DNA of 64,000 nt, from positions 12,090,001 through 12,154,000 of the forward strand of contig CM022670.1 in NCBI GenBank assembly GCA_012295275.1. The letters are read 5' to 3'. The translations under genes were made by a program, and so were the position numbers. The notes beneath the pieces were generated by a model. The model was not told where the DNA came from. It saw only the letters and a list, made by a program, of their open reading frames with translations, and did no database searches. This DNA is from Chrysomallon squamiferum (lineage: Eukaryota > Animalia > Mollusca). How positions within the stretch are numbered: position 1 is the stretch's first letter; the number at the start of each line of letters is the position of its first letter. This document shows, piece after piece, positions 1 to 14,360 of the stretch.

Positions 1-63
1 GATACTTATATTAAATTTATTTTTCTTTTTTCTCCCATCTTTATTTTATTTTATTTTTTCCAG

Positions 64-1618
64 AAATTAATGATCGATGAAAAAAAGTGCTATTTTTTTG
101 GAAGGAATAAACAACTTTGTGACTTTTGTATTGACCATGCTTCATGTTCTCGTGTTCATGCTGCGTTAATGTGGCACAAAAGACTTTCACGACCTTTTCT
201 GATGGATCTTGGCAGCAGTGAGTTATACTTGTTATCATGTTTCCTAAGTTCTGAATCTGCTGTACTTGTTATCATGTTTTCTGAGTTCAAAATCTGTTGT
301 ACTTGTTTATGTTTTCTAAGTTCAAAATCTCTTATATTTGTTATGTTTTCGATGTTCAAAATCTCTTATATTTGATATGATTTTTTAAGTTCAAAATGTG
401 TTATATTTATTATCATCGTTTTTTTAAAGTTCAAAATCTGTTATATTTGTTACCATGATTTTCTAAGTTCAAAATGTGTTATATTTATTATCATTGTTTT
501 TTTTTAAGTTCAAAATCTGCTGGACCTGTTATCATGGTTTTTCCAGCTTCATAATCTGTTATATTTATTACCATAATCTTTTAAGTTCAAAATCTATTTC
601 TCAAAGTAAGATAATTATCTCTGTGTTTTTTTGTTTTTTTTTTAATTCAGCACATGGCACATACCTTGGTCAGATAAGATTAGAGAAGAAAAAACCGCAG
701 AATGTTCCCATAGACAGTGAAATTCATTTTGGTGCATCTACAAGAATATACATAATCAAAGAGAGACCACAGCCCATTGCAAACCAACCTCTTGAAGATG
801 GGAAGCGATCAGATGATCATGATGTCAGCTTATTGGGTTTGCCTGAGTCAGAAACTGAACTAGATGTAAGATTTAGGATTATAGGATATATATATGTAGA
901 TATATAACTATAGTTGTTTTGAGGCAATTTTTCTTATAAATACATTAGAAGCAAACTGAACATGATTTATTGTTAATCACCTAAATAATATAATTTAATA
1001 TGTTTTTAATGCCTTTTAACTACTTTATTTTTACCTGACTATTAATTGACATAGTACATATACAGGGTATACACTTGATTTTTTTCTTTTGACTGGTCAA
1101 TTAGACCACTCACAAGAACACTTTGACTTGCCTGTAGCACTTTGAATTTGTTTTTCTTTAAATGGCACTTTAAAAATGTTATAATGCTATAATAACAACA
1201 TAAAAGAATGAACCAGAACTTGTTTTAGTTTTATTATAATATGTTGTAATACAAAATGTGGGACATTTCGGTCATCGGGGGTGGGGGGGACACACAAGAT
1301 ACTGTTTTGACTTTCCTGACACTGTTTTGATTTGCTGTATGTGTATATGTTGTTTTAGTTGAATAATTTTTGAAAATTTTAGAATCTAACAGAATTTAAC
1401 ACTGCACACAATCGACGGATAGCCTCACTTGTTGAGGTGGCTGATGTGCCCAATCCTCTCAAAAGAAAACATAAAAATGTTAGTGTGAGCTTCTTTGAAG
1501 AAGATGAAATTATCAATCCAGGTAAAATATTTTTATTTTTTCAGTCAGAGATTGTCACAGCATTTTAGAGACTTGGAGAATTTTGTTTTTTGAAATTGTT
1601 AAGTTTCCAAATCTGAAT

Positions 1619-1649
<31 letters not shown>

Positions 1650-1651
1650 TT

Positions 1652-1690
<39 letters not shown>

Positions 1691-2592
1691 TATACGTATA
1701 TGTATATATATTTTTGGAATGTTTTAAGATTTTATAATTGTTTTAATTATAAAAAAGTATACCTTTTCAAAGGAAATTCTCTGAGATACAAACCTAGTAG
1801 CAAATAGGACCCAGATTGAAGAATGATTTTTTAGTTAATGGAATTTTTATTTATTTCAGAGGACATTGATCCAACAGTGGGCAGATTCAGAAATCTTGTC
1901 ACCACAATGGTTATTCCAAAAAAGGTGAGTGGTTCTACACAGTATAAAAATATAGAGCAGGAGTTTAAAATTTTAAAATACATAATCAGATAAAAAAAAT
2001 GGTTTGATTACATTTTTTGTTTTTATTTTGATTATCCTTTTTCTCATTTGCTATATTATTAATTTTTTATTCTGATTCAAGTTATTTTTTGTGATATTTT
2101 TTGTTGAGAAAATCAGTATTACTAAAGACCTTAAAATTCTGAAAGCCAAAGTTTACTATTTTCTGTTTGCTTTCTAATTAAATTAAATCATATTTAATGA
2201 AAATATTTGATACATTAATATACTGGCATTTTATTATTCAGAAACCAAAGCTGGATATAGGACCCCAACAATCAGGAAGTATTACAGACATTATAACAAA
2301 ACGGTTACAGAACTTTTCGTATGGAACACACTTATATGGAGACTTACCTGCAGCTGGGGGAACTGCTACCCCAGCTCTTGGAAGTACTTACAGTATTGCT
2401 GCTAAGCTTGGGCTGCCTGTACCGAATTTGGCTCCTGATTTGGAGCATGAAACAGTGGCACAACCTTTAGAAAAACCGCAGATTATAGGATTCACAGCAG
2501 AGGAGCCATCAAAAGAACCAAAAAAGAAGAAATATGCCAAAGAGGCTTGGCCTGGGAAAAAGCCAATACATTCTCACAACTTGCTTGTTTAG
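64..2592 (+). CDS. PPP1R8: Nuclear inhibitor of protein phosphatase 1 (NIPP1), 3' part; 5' exons lie upstream of the window
   Basis: Spliced exons 64-217, 651-865, 1383-1521, 1860-1924, 2242-2592 (all GT-AG, phases consistent). They give the FHA domain (FGRN..CDFCIDHASCSRVHAAL..DLGSTHGTYLG..IHFGASTR), NLTEFNTAHNRR, EDEIINPEDIDPTVGRFRN and the diagnostic C-terminus KKKKYAKEAWPGKKP; stop TAG at 2590-2592. Confidence 0.96.
225..600. repeat. Intronic minisatellite, ~37-40 bp unit, about 9-10 degenerate copies
   Basis: Recurring ttgttatcatg-ttttctaagttcaaaatctg-tata units fill most of the PPP1R8 intron 218-650. Confidence 0.85.
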
Positions 2593-5211
2593 CATTTGCG
2601 ACTGTTTGTTCACTACTTGTTTGTTTTTAATTTCTCTTCGACTAAAAGACTTGCGAAGAGGCTAAAGTTGGGGTAAAAGTAACAATTAAATATAGTTGAA
2701 CATTCTCTTTTTTAATTGTTAAAATTTACACATTACCTTGGGAAAAGCACGAAATAGGAAATAAATGTAAAACTTATTATTATTATCCTAATTTGTTTCA
2801 GTGTTGTTTAAAATAATTTTTATATACATTTTTGGGGGGTATAAATTTATGAACTGGGTTGATAATGAGTAAGGACAACTTAAGACATAAAATAAGTAGT
2901 AGTAATATTAAATAGTGGAAATAATGAAATCCCTGTGACAATACATTTTAGCATTTTTATGCTTTTTGTACACGTATTAAAGAAATCAGGATTAGTTAGA
3001 TATTGCTGCTGTATATGCTATTAGGAAACAAAAATGATTCCTCTGTAAAAATGTAACAGTTCAGCTTTGTTTTTGTATCATTCATCATATAGAAAGTCAG
3101 AATGGAACATAATCTAAATATATTTACAGTTCATTTGTATATTTCGACTGATAATGGAAATGTCTGCTTGTATGTCCACTGTCTGAATGAAAAATTATTT
3201 TCTCAAACTTGAATAACTGAAGGAATTTTTGAAAAGTATATTGTAATCTGTACCTAAATAATTTGTATTAAACACAATAAAGTCCAGTTTTATTATATAT
3301 ATATATATATATATATACTTATATAACAATGAGTATATACTGTTTATTTATTAATTAAATTTACTGAGACTGCACCTGTAATGTTACCAAATATATTTAA
3401 CATAGGTGTATTTAATCTGCTTTATCTGGTAAAGATGATGACATTTTGTCTTCAATAGATGTAATTTTAAGCATAGAAATATATATTGATCAGTACATAA
3501 AAAATATATAAAACCAATGGATCAGGACTGTGACTTCACTAAAAATACCATACTCACATAAGATAATAAATCATGTGTTGCTTTTACACAAACAGTGCAT
3601 GTTTGTAATTAAATAATTTATTATATTGAGAGAAAACTGTACCCAAAATATTTATCAGTTTTGAAAATACTGTATGAGGATGTATATGTTGTTTTGAAAG
3701 TGTTTCAGCTGGTAATGCAGGGATTAAAAAAATGTTTACGCAACCAGGCCAAAGTTTGTGCAATGTAAATATATTTCATGGTTGTCTCTCATTTACATCA
3801 TCTGCTGTCTTTAAGATAATTCAGTTTTCAATAAATTACTTTTTTTAAGCTGTTATATTATCATGCTGTTGTTAATTTTCATTTGTCCTTTTTCTCATTT
3901 TTTTCTGGTGCATGTCTGTTTGCATCACACACATATGCAGTAAAATATATAGATGAGAGAAGAAAGAAATGGTAGAGGCATAATTTAAAGAAATAGGTAA
4001 AAAAAAATCTTCAGTTGAATATGTATCAGATCTATTGAAATGTTTAATGAACAGTTATTACCATCAGAAAATTTTATTTTATGTGTGTGTGTGTGTGTGT
4101 GTGAATACAATTTCTAAATCATTTAGATGTAGTAAAGAAACAACAAATTCAAGATGTGAGAACAAATACATTTTATATTCTTCAATATGTTATATTTCTA
4201 AATCACCATAAAATTTTAGTGTAATAATGTTAATACAAAAAGCAGTTAAGGAAATATCACCGTTGTAAGTTTTCTGCTGTTTGAACTTGTGATTCAACAT
4301 CTGTTAGGAAAAAGAAGTGCAGACACAGAATCAAAGTAATTTGTTTTGCTGTCTTTTTAGTGTTTTTATTAGCAAATAGAATAATCACAAAAAAAAATTA
4401 TCTAAGTATTAAAATTTATCCCCAAAACCATGAATAGTATTGCAGAAATGTGTGATAATTAACTGTGGCATGTAATGCCTTCACTTTTGTTACTTTGCAA
4501 TAAAATATGATGTTTCTATGAGTTGTAATTTTCTTTTTTACTCCTCAGATATGTTGCATTATTTTGATTTTTTGAAAACTGAACTTTATATTTTTATTGT
4601 ATACGTGTAAACAAATATATGAAGAAACGATCTCAAAAAAAGAAAAAGAAAATAATAATAATAATAATAATAATTATAATGATAAAATGTGCTGATCAAT
4701 AATTTACATGAATATAAATACTAAATCACTTGCAGGTGTGTCGTTTATTCTTTTTGTTTAGTTATATTTTCATGGAAACATGAGTCGTATTTTAACTATT
4801 GTTTTTCTGCATTCTGACAAAGGCTGCTTTCTTTCATATTTTCCCCCATCCTTTTTGGAAATAAAATACTTGAAATAAAATATTTGGAAAGATCTAACAT
4901 CTTTTTATTCAAGATTAAATCTCTGTATGGTTAGCATACTTACCAGACGTAGTTAAGATTGCATAATTATTATCATAATGTTTCAATACCTTATAGGAGC
5001 TAGTTAGACCTGGATGAATCTGTGCAATAATTATCTAGTTACCATAATACCAAAATTGGTCTTTTTAATAAGTATGTTTCTCCTGATAAGAAAATTAAGT
5101 TTTATCAGGATACATTCAAATAAAAGAATAAAATGGCACCAAGCTAAACAAATTGCATTACATCACCTGAAAAGCTTGGTTTAGAATTGGAATCAATAAA
5201 ACTATACTGTG

Positions 5212-5247
<36 letters not shown>

Positions 5248-5561
5248 TTAACTGAATACAGAAACAACTGAAATACAGTATACACTAAATATTTAAATAA
5301 CAATTAATTAATTTGGCTCAAATACAAACTGATTATAAGCAATAATAATTTGATTTTTAATGTATATTGTAGAAATATGTGAATAAATAAGAAAAGAAAA
5401 CAAATGTGGCATATATTATTAGCTGTATGTCTTTGTTTATTATTAACAAAGTCCTTTTGCTATTTGGATGCATGGATGTATAAAAATACGTTTTGCTCTT
5501 TGTTCTCATTAATCTGATTCAATTATGTGTCTGTTTGCATTCACCTGACCCAGTTCTTAGA

Positions 5562-5602
<41 letters not shown>

Positions 5603-5715
5603 CACCTGCAGGACAATGGGTAGAGGATCAGAAGTGGAGAATAAAAAATGTTAAACTGACAACAGTAACTTTACCTTGATTTGAAAATATGGTGGGGACA
5701 GAAATATTAATAACC

Positions 5716-5807
5716 CATCCTTTCAGAAGCCATATAATAAATATGCTTGCAACACTACCCTGGGATTTGTTTTCTTATGAGCCCTGCCTGGCAATCATCA
5801 CAGAATG
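5716..5807 (-). ncRNA. Candidate box C/D snoRNA
   Basis: Minus strand reads CATTCT-GTGATGA(C box)...~68 nt...CTGA(D box)-A-AGGATG, and the flanks form a 6-bp terminal stem with one G-U. No clear C'/D' box and no convincing rRNA target were recognised. Confidence 0.25.
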
Positions 5808-6371
5808 AATGTGAAGCCTCATGAACGTAGAGAAAAACAGTTAGATACTGAGGAAACAACAGATTATTACAAGCAGCTACAGGAAATTCTACTTGAGCAG
5901 CTTCAACTGAGTTCACTAGAATTTTATACATGTCAAAATGTTGTTGACATGGTAGATAACAGACAAATATGGACTCAGACATGTAAGTTTACATTATTGT
6001 TTGGTTTGATTTTTTTTTTTTGGTATGTATGTTTACGTTTATTTATTTATTATTTAAAAAAAGATACATTAATATTGATTTAATTTTTATATCAGTATGT
6101 TTTTCTGTTATCTCTACTTTCTTATGCATATTTTTTCTAAACTCTAGTCCATTTATTGTTAAAATATTTCAATTTCAGATATATAATAAGAGTATTATTT
6201 TTTAAAATTAGTGTTATTAATTAATTTTAATTAAATATATTAACCATATTTGTATTTAAAAGCCTCTATCCTCTCAAAAGGAATATACATTATATCTAGA
6301 TAAAGGAAAATAAAAATAAAGAACGAATGAAAGGTTTCTTTAGAAAATTATTAATTATCATATTAAAAAAC

Positions 6372-6410
<39 letters not shown>

Positions 6411-6659
6411 TATATATAAAAAGAAACAATTTTACACCTCGCTTTACAAATCAAGTACTTACGCCTCATAATATGCCATAATTTCTTTTTAACGTAATCA
6501 TAATTTTAGTGTCTTAAACCAGTACTTTCCTTGTTGATTCAGGAATAAAAAATTACTATGATAACCTCATTGAAACGCTAATTTTGTTGTATTTTAAATT
6601 ATTTATTATTTTTAATTTTAGATTTTATATTATTTATATTTTATTGTTATATAAGGTCA

Positions 6660-7150
6660 CTGCATTTCTTTTCCAAATCACGTCAAAATTATACTTTTGA
6701 AATTAATACATTATTTTTTTTAATTATTCGCTGAAACCAGCTCGCTCACTCACTCAGACCCATCAGGAAAAGCTATTCCTAATAGACTGCTTGTCTGTTG
6801 TTGTATATTTCATATTTTACGCTACGTTTATTACAAATGCAGTGAGAATATCGTTTGCACACCAGTCTACCAATTTCGATCACAGCACCAATTTCCGGAA
6901 ACCAGGAAAACCTTGAACAAAAGAAAGTAAAAGTTCCTTTTTTTTTTCGTTGGGATTTCAGTAGACATGCTATTATTTTACTTTTTGTTGATGACCTACT
7001 GCTGACAGTAAAAGAGCATGAGGTAAATAATACTGAGAGTTAAACTGACAGGTTTGTAGCTTATCGCGCCTTAACGTTACAAACGTATCCTTCATATTCA
7101 CTGTATCAGTGTATCGGTGCTATCACTATCACTATCAGTCTCAGTCGGCG
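6660..7150 (+). promoter_or_regulatory. Putative main promoter and first exon of the CLIP-family gene, possibly bidirectional
   Basis: Local CpG enrichment in a CpG-poor background, a CRE-like TCACGTCA (~6678) and a TTCCGGAA ETS/STAT-like site (6893-6900). There is a + strand donor AG|GTAAAT at 7022/7023 and a - strand donor GC|GTAAGT at 6463/6462. Confidence 0.6.
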
Positions 7151-9391
7151 ACTGTAACAAAATACTTAAATAGTAACATTTAAAGCACCATTATAAAAAA
7201 TGAATGAATTATAATCAGATTGTTTGCAGGGATCTAGATTAAAAGGAATAATGCATTCAGAATATATATTTCGATTTAAGTCAATTTATCTAAATACAGA
7301 AATGATAATCTTTTAAAAGTGACAGGATATGGCCTGTCTGATATTACGTCACCAGTTGGAAAACAAAAATGGTGTCACGACCTAGGTCATGGTGATGTCA
7401 TACATTTTATTTAATGAAAAGTATGTTAAAAAAATATTTTATTGCAACCTTATTATTATTATTATTATTATTATTTTTAAATTCTGTAATTATTTCAGTG
7501 AAAATATAAATTTCAGAAACTTAATAATAAATGTTCTTAAAATTTATACATGTTAATTTTTAGCAAAGAAAGATACTGGATTATGAATTATGGAATAAAC
7601 CCCAAACAATCATATTAATTTATAGAGTTAAGAGCGAGTCTGTATTGGTGGTGTTGAATAATGTTTAATTTACAAGCAAACATTTGAATATTATTTTTAA
7701 TGTTTGATTTTCAGAATACAGTGCTTGATGTTTTGAAACAAATGAGGATTTGTCTATAACTTAACAAACATATATGAACATAAACACACATACATACACT
7801 TCTAAATTCAGTGAGCTGATATTTAATAATCTTGATTGTATTTTTGCCTTAACTAAAATGTAAAATACATATTACACATGCAAACATACTTTCTTCTTGT
7901 AATCTATTTTGTTTTACATTTTCATTTCATTTTCTCTTTATATACTCTGCTTAAGTTATTTAATTTGGAAGCTTTATTAGTAAATCAAATGAGATATTAA
8001 AAAAAAAAAAAAAAGATAAGAAGAAATAGTATGGATAATCTACAAGATGTATTTGTAAACCAAGTCTTAAAGACAGATATAGTTAATTTTTTAAGATTCA
8101 TTAACTAATTATAATAAGGATAAGAAATAAATGTAACAACTATAAGAATGCAACTTTTATGAGTGCATGGTAATCAAAATAAAATAGTTTTTACTCACTT
8201 CTTAGTTGGCTACCTGCAAAATATAAGAGTAAATAGTCACACACACACACAACACACAGAAAAACACAGAAACAGCCTTAGGTACCAACCTATATTGAAA
8301 AAGACTTGGTGTTCTTTTTGTCCAAGTCCATTTACTGTTAATGACATACTGGTTAGATATAAGAAGATTGTCTAGTACATGCCACACTGGTTGTTGAGTT
8401 AATGAAAAGGTTTTCACCTGTTGCTATTGATTCGACATGGTGCCTTTGCAATGACACAATACAAAGCCACAATCTTTGATAAATATAAAATGTGCTGCTA
8501 CTTCATCAGGGAATATAAAGTTAAATAATTTTAACTGTATGACTGAAGAGGCCTTTTTGGGGTTGTGCAAGAATATATTTAAAATTTGAAGGTTATGGAA
8601 CTTAATATATTTATTTAATCTTTGTTTTGTTTTATATATAAATGGGGTTTATTGAAGGAAGAAACATTTATGACACTCCATGGACTATTATTTTATATGC
8701 ACAGCTTCCTAAGAAGTAGAAAATATACCATATACCACTTGTTTACTGGCTTGAACAGATAATGTTTTTAGGGTATACTATAAATTATAATCAGTGAGAT
8801 ACAACCAACTTAATGTCAGTGTCATAGATTTTATTGCATTTATTTAGAAACGATAACTTTTTATTATTTATTTATTTGTGCTTTTTAAAAATTTTTTTTT
8901 TTTATCAAAAACAGGAATAATTATAGGAATACATTAAACTGATTAATTTTTAATGTGAGATGTCTTCTGTGACATCAGTTACTTAAATTTCAGTAATTTA
9001 ATTATTTAAGTTGTTGTATCAATATATATTGATTGAATTTTGGAATTAAGTTTTATATTCAAAGTAAATAAACCTGATATAACAAATTATGACATTTATT
9101 AGGCATTATTTCATTTTTCTTTTCTAAGTTTTAGCATAATAATTATAATACATATTTATCTTAAATTTTTTTTTTTTTTTTTTTTTTTTTAATGAAAAAT
9201 GTATGTAACCCAAAAAGGGCCTTAAATTCAATAGGCATGTGTCATTGCTGATTGATTTTTTTAAAAATATACTTACTTCAAGCACTTAAAAACCGAAATG
9301 TAGTATGGTGATCACATGCAGGATACTAACTTTTTAAAACAGTTTTTAATAAATAATGTGTTTTGTAAACTGATGTGACATACTTTTCACA

Positions 9392-9429
9392 ATGAAGTTT
9401 ACCAAACTAAGAAACCTTAGACATGGTTT
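9392..9429 (+). CDS. Candidate alternative first coding exon of CLIP (MKFTKLRNLRHGL-)
   Basis: acaATG at 9392, open frame to a perfect GTAAGT donor at 9430. Phase 2, in frame with the acceptor at 15192 and the ATG at 15193. Confidence 0.4.
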
Positions 9430-12095
9430 GTAAGTATTTCATTTTTATTTTCAATAGAAGAAAACTGTCTTTTGTTAGTTGATTATGTAGATAGGTTGTA
9501 AATAGTATCTGCATACATTACATGCAAGATCAGTACATGCATTCTTGTATTTTAAAGCAATAGGCTAACAATATATATTTTATATTCAAACATATTTTAA
9601 ATATTTTGCAGATGTGAGCAAAAAGTCAATAGTGTCATCTGTGTAAAATGTTTCATGTATTATATAAATTATGTAGATTAAAAATATTAGAATTTATTAT
9701 TGTATATTGGTTCCTAATTCTGAATGTATTATTATTTTATGTATTTATGTTCAACAAAGCAGTATGTTGTATTTAATTCTATAAATCATTATTTTTAATT
9801 AATAGATTATTGGTTTCTGGGTTGTGTTTAATTTCATTGATCATATGGTTTTTAACAGACTGTTTTTTGTACTGTGTATTTAATTTCATAGAACTGATAG
9901 TTGGATATATTTATATTTTAATAAGAAGAAAACAGACAGAGCATAATTTTTTAGTTAATAAAAAGATGGATTAAATGTAGAAAAATTGTAAGGTACACAC
10001 ACACTGACATACAAGAATTATCCTTATTCAAATTCATGCAGACGTACACACACGTAAACATGATTTTTTACATCACATGCATTATACATACAATTTAATG
10101 ATCATTTAATTTTTATATAAAAAAAAAATTATATTATAATTATTTTTAGGTTTAATATAAAATGAAAACAGTTTTAAATCTTTAAAAAAATAAAATATAG
10201 AAATTTTTTGTTTTTGTCACAAATGTTAATAAAATTGAAAAAAAAAAAAAAAAAAAAAAAAACATGAGGTCATTTATTTTAAAATTACCAAGTGATCTAT
10301 GTCTCTGTGGTAACTAATAAATAAAAAATAAATAGACTTCATTTTATTTTTTATTTCAAATATAACCATATATCTGTTTTTACATAATTACAAATAAGTG
10401 TGTGAGTTGAGTAATTATTAACTTCAGAATAAATACGTTCTGTTTTTAAATTTGAATGCTGCCATTGCAGAATATACCACTTTTTACATATACATTATGA
10501 TTTAATAAATATGACGGATGAATTACTTAATGATTGATAATTACTGTCAAGTATATGCATCATATTTCAGTTTAAAAATATTAGGTCAAGTATGTGAAAT
10601 TTAAATATTTTTAAAATCATTTTGAATTTATGAATATTTTGTTTCCTGTCATTCTTGTTTATCACATTTAAAACAAATGTAAAAATTAATAAATTAACAC
10701 CTCCAGCTGTCTAAAATGAGAGACATAAATAAATAAAAGAAATAAAAAAATTACAAAAAAAGACCAATAAATAAAATTTAAAAATGCATAAACAAATATA
10801 TATATATATAAACGTTTTTAAAGATAATTGACTTCAGGTAGTTTTCAAATATTTTATGGATTTTGTATAATGTTTTAATAATATTCAGAGAGAGAAAATC
10901 ATATCTGTTTTCAATTACAACAAAATATACATATTTATCTTAACATAGTGCCCATATAAGGGACAGCACTTGCTATAGCATTTTTAAGCAGGACTGAATC
11001 AATAACAAACAATCAAAATTAAATGATAATAATAAATAATGAAAAGTAAAATATTAATGTAAAAATTTAAAATATTACAAATATTTTACCTTCATGTGTG
11101 ATATCTGGAAATATAACACATTTTCACATATTTATATACTGTTACCTTTTTGGCTTCATTTCATAATGATGTTTGTGTCATATTTTATACCAGTGTCATA
11201 TTTCATTAAAAAAATACTAATGTATTCTTTGTATATGTGTGTATATATATTTACATATAAATATACACACATATACACACACACATATATGTCTGTCTCT
11301 CTCTCTCTACATATTTAGTAATTTGACATGTTATAGTAGGCTGGTGATATTTCGTTAAAAAATAATAATCTATCCTTTGAATTGTACATTATAGCATTAA
11401 GTTCAACAAGATTTAACATGCTGTAACAGGGAGATCATGTTTCAGAAAGAAATTTGATACATAAATATTAATTAAAATAGTGTACAAGTTTATTGTGATA
11501 AAGACAGTCGTGGACTGAGTGATACACAACTTCCAGTCTGGCAACTAATAATTCAAATAAACAAATCTTTATTATAAAGATATAGTCCAAAAATACCTTT
11601 TTCTTGAAGATGTTTTAGGGTAGTTGAAATTCTTCAAAACCTCTGTAACTAGCTCTGTAAAACATTCACAGTGTTGGATATCAGGAATGGCTAATCCAGA
11701 CTTCTAGGCAGCAGGGCCTAGACATATATTCTTGAACATTTAATGGACATAAACATGATTCAGATGATTGATTGACTGATTGATTGACTGACTGATTGAT
11801 TGAGAACTCTGGCTTTGTGTATGAGCTTGTTCTCAAATCATCAAACAAAGATTAACTAAAGCTTTTTAATTTATATTAATCCAGCTTCTGTTCCCCCCCG
11901 GTGTCCTTCCTCTCCCCCTACATTGTTAACTCCTCCACTGGTCACACACAAGAGGTGAGATTTGGAGCAGAACTGGTCTCTTTATTGTTTTTTTAAGCTT
12001 GTTGTACAACAGGGTGGCCTTTTCAGTTAATTACACCAGTTTGTTGAATGTTTTTTCTACATGAAGGCAAATGTCGACACCTGAGATAGACAGCC

Positions 12096-12220
12096 ATGCT
12101 TTCAGGTGCTTGTCGTGCAAATTGGGTAGATATTTCCAGGTGTGACATGGAGAATGGAACTTTGTTGCATATGGATGAGTACAGAGAAGCAGTGCTTCTT
12201 GGTCTGTGCTGGAGATGTAG
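12096..12220 (+). CDS. Candidate alternative first coding exon of CLIP (MLSGACRANWVDISRCDMENGTLLHMDEYREAVLLGLCWRCR-)
   Basis: GC-richer island. gccATG at 12096 and gacATGg at 12147 are in one open frame ending at AG|GTATGT (12220/12221). Phase 2, in frame with exon 15192. Confidence 0.55.
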
Positions 12221-13343
12221 GTATGTCAGTATGTGCGTCAGTCCATGTATAATTAACACATCAGAGGAGTAATTGAAGACTGTTTTGATGTGTCAGCTTG
12301 TTTGTTTATTTATTTATTGTGTTTATTTTTAATTTAATTTTTGTTTTATTTGATTTTTTTTTTTTTTTTTTAATTTTTTTTTTGTTGTCAGTTTTTAATT
12401 TTTGTTTGTTTAAAAAGCCATTATTCATCATAAATAATCTTACTAGTTTGTTTAGTCTTTTACATTATGCAACACTTTTTTTTTACATATTCAGTTATAT
12501 ACATTATTTACCCATTAAATTCATTTATTATTAAATGGAAACACCATTTAACCTTTATTACCATATTTTAGTTATCTTTAATTATTGTTAAAATTAATGA
12601 CTATCCATAATTTCTATTTTATAATAATTTAGTCAGTTTTATCACAATAACTACAGAGAAATTTATTTCTTTTTGTTTGTAATGTTTTTTGTTTTTTATT
12701 ATTATCTCTGTGGAATATAGTGAAAAAAATTGCAATATTACACCTATTTGCTTCACACTTATTGTAGGGTATGTGTATGTTTGAGTGCAAATTAATGTGT
12801 GTTTTTGTGGTGCAGACATGAGTATGTTTCTGCATAAGTTTATTTATTTATTTTATTGAGAGACAGTATTTGTTATGGTTCTCAGATAGGTCATGTTTTT
12901 GTGTGTGTGTTTATATATATTAACTGGAAAAATGTTAAAGCTACTGTTATTTATTAATTTGTTATTTTGTATGTAAATTTTTGATGCATATTGAATATAT
13001 GTATATATAAATAAATGAAAGAAAGCAAGTAAGATAAAAAAAATAAATAAAAAAAGTAAAGATATGATTAAACAACATATTGTCTATACAGCCAATATGA
13101 TAGCAGTTGACATGATTAATGCAATGCAGTCTAACACCGTCATTTACATTATTTATTTATTTAACAAGGTGCTTATAATTTATAATTTATCAAGTTCTGT
13201 CACAGTTTAAATTACTAATACACTGTGTGAAGATAGGAATGAGCCAGGAACAAGTTTCACTGTCGTTTCCTGTTGTCGATTGGTACTGACGGTGTAATCC
13301 AGGATCCTATGTCAGGGCAGGGCGGACTTCAGATTGAGATGGG

Positions 13344-13390
13344 ATGGGAAACAGGAGCACTTTTAGCTATGTGACCAAATTATGTTGGTT
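13344..13390 (+). CDS. Candidate alternative first coding exon of CLIP (MGNRSTFSYVTKLCWL-)
   Basis: GC/CpG-richer island at 13230-13390. gggATGg at 13344 is open to a GTAAAT donor at 13391. Phase 2, in frame with exon 15192; the peptide fits MGxxxS/T. Confidence 0.45.
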
Positions 13391-14054
13391 GTAAATGATT
13401 ACATTAAAGATAAAAACTTGTATTAAGGATCTAATAAACATCTCTGAGTCGATATTTTTACAGTTTTATAATTGATATAGGAATACCTGAACTATTACAA
13501 TTACAGCTACTACTACTATTGAATTTCTAAATTAAAATAATTTACAAATAATGCTACTACTGTTACTATTATAACTTCTGTTATTACAAATATTATTATT
13601 GCATCTACTGATAAATATGATGTATTTTGGAGAAAGTTCTAATAAAAAATAAAATAAAAATAAGAACAAAAAGCAACATGCAGAGATAAAAAGAAAAAAC
13701 CCAAGAAGAATGGCTATAACAGTGATAAATATAACCCATATCATCATCAGTTATTATACTTATTTGTAATAATGGCAGAATGATAATGTAAAGAATAAAT
13801 TAATACAAATCTTTTCAAAAAGTAAGTGTAAAGAAATCAATATAATGATTATGCTCCAGTCATTACTTGTGTATATGACTATGTACTGAGATAAACTGCA
13901 ACATGTTTGACATACATGTTTTAGGTTTTGAGAATATTTATCTGAGCACATCAGTGTTGAATTTTAAAAAACTTTTTGTCATATCAGCAGTTCTGATCAG
14001 GTAATGTGGTGTGTCATAATAATTACGTATGTTTTGAAATGTATTCAGTTTCCT

Positions 14055-14360
14055 GAATGAAAGAATGAATAGTGTTTTAATGATATATATTGACACATTT
14101 TATCATCAAAAATTCTCAGGTGTCTGACATACATTTTTTATTTAATGATGGTACGTGAGATAAAACCAGCTGCTGCCATCCAGTATCTATTCTCATTGAT
14201 TGCAAGTACGGCTTCTTTTATGATCATCCCATTAACAGGACAATGTATATCACAAGCTGTAATAAAAATTAAGGGGAATACACTGGAATTACAAATATTC
14301 CTTTTAAGACATTAAGAAGGTTTGATCCTAGACACCTTGAATCAGTCCTTTGCCACTCCC
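14055..14360. mobile_element. Degenerate SINE-like interspersed repeat
   Basis: Ordered blocks (gaatgaaagaatgaa; gacacatttta; gtgtctgacata; aaaccagctgctgcca; cttttatg..catccca..acaggac; cactgg; tttgatcct) resemble, from memory, an abundant gastropod SINE read from its tail end. Not verified against a library. Confidence 0.5.

Noticed and set aside
225-600. Regularly spaced repeats as a CRISPR array
   Set aside because: Eukaryotic intron; units are contiguous and degenerate with no unique spacers and no cas genes.
5755-6083. Overlapping 75-aa (-) and 92-aa (+) ORFs as a small protein gene
   Set aside because: No recognisable domain and no in-phase partner exons; kept only as part of the ncRNA/repeat candidate.
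6855-7043. 62-aa ORF in the CLIP promoter region
   Set aside because: Starts at TTG, is out of frame with the downstream exon and runs through the donor.
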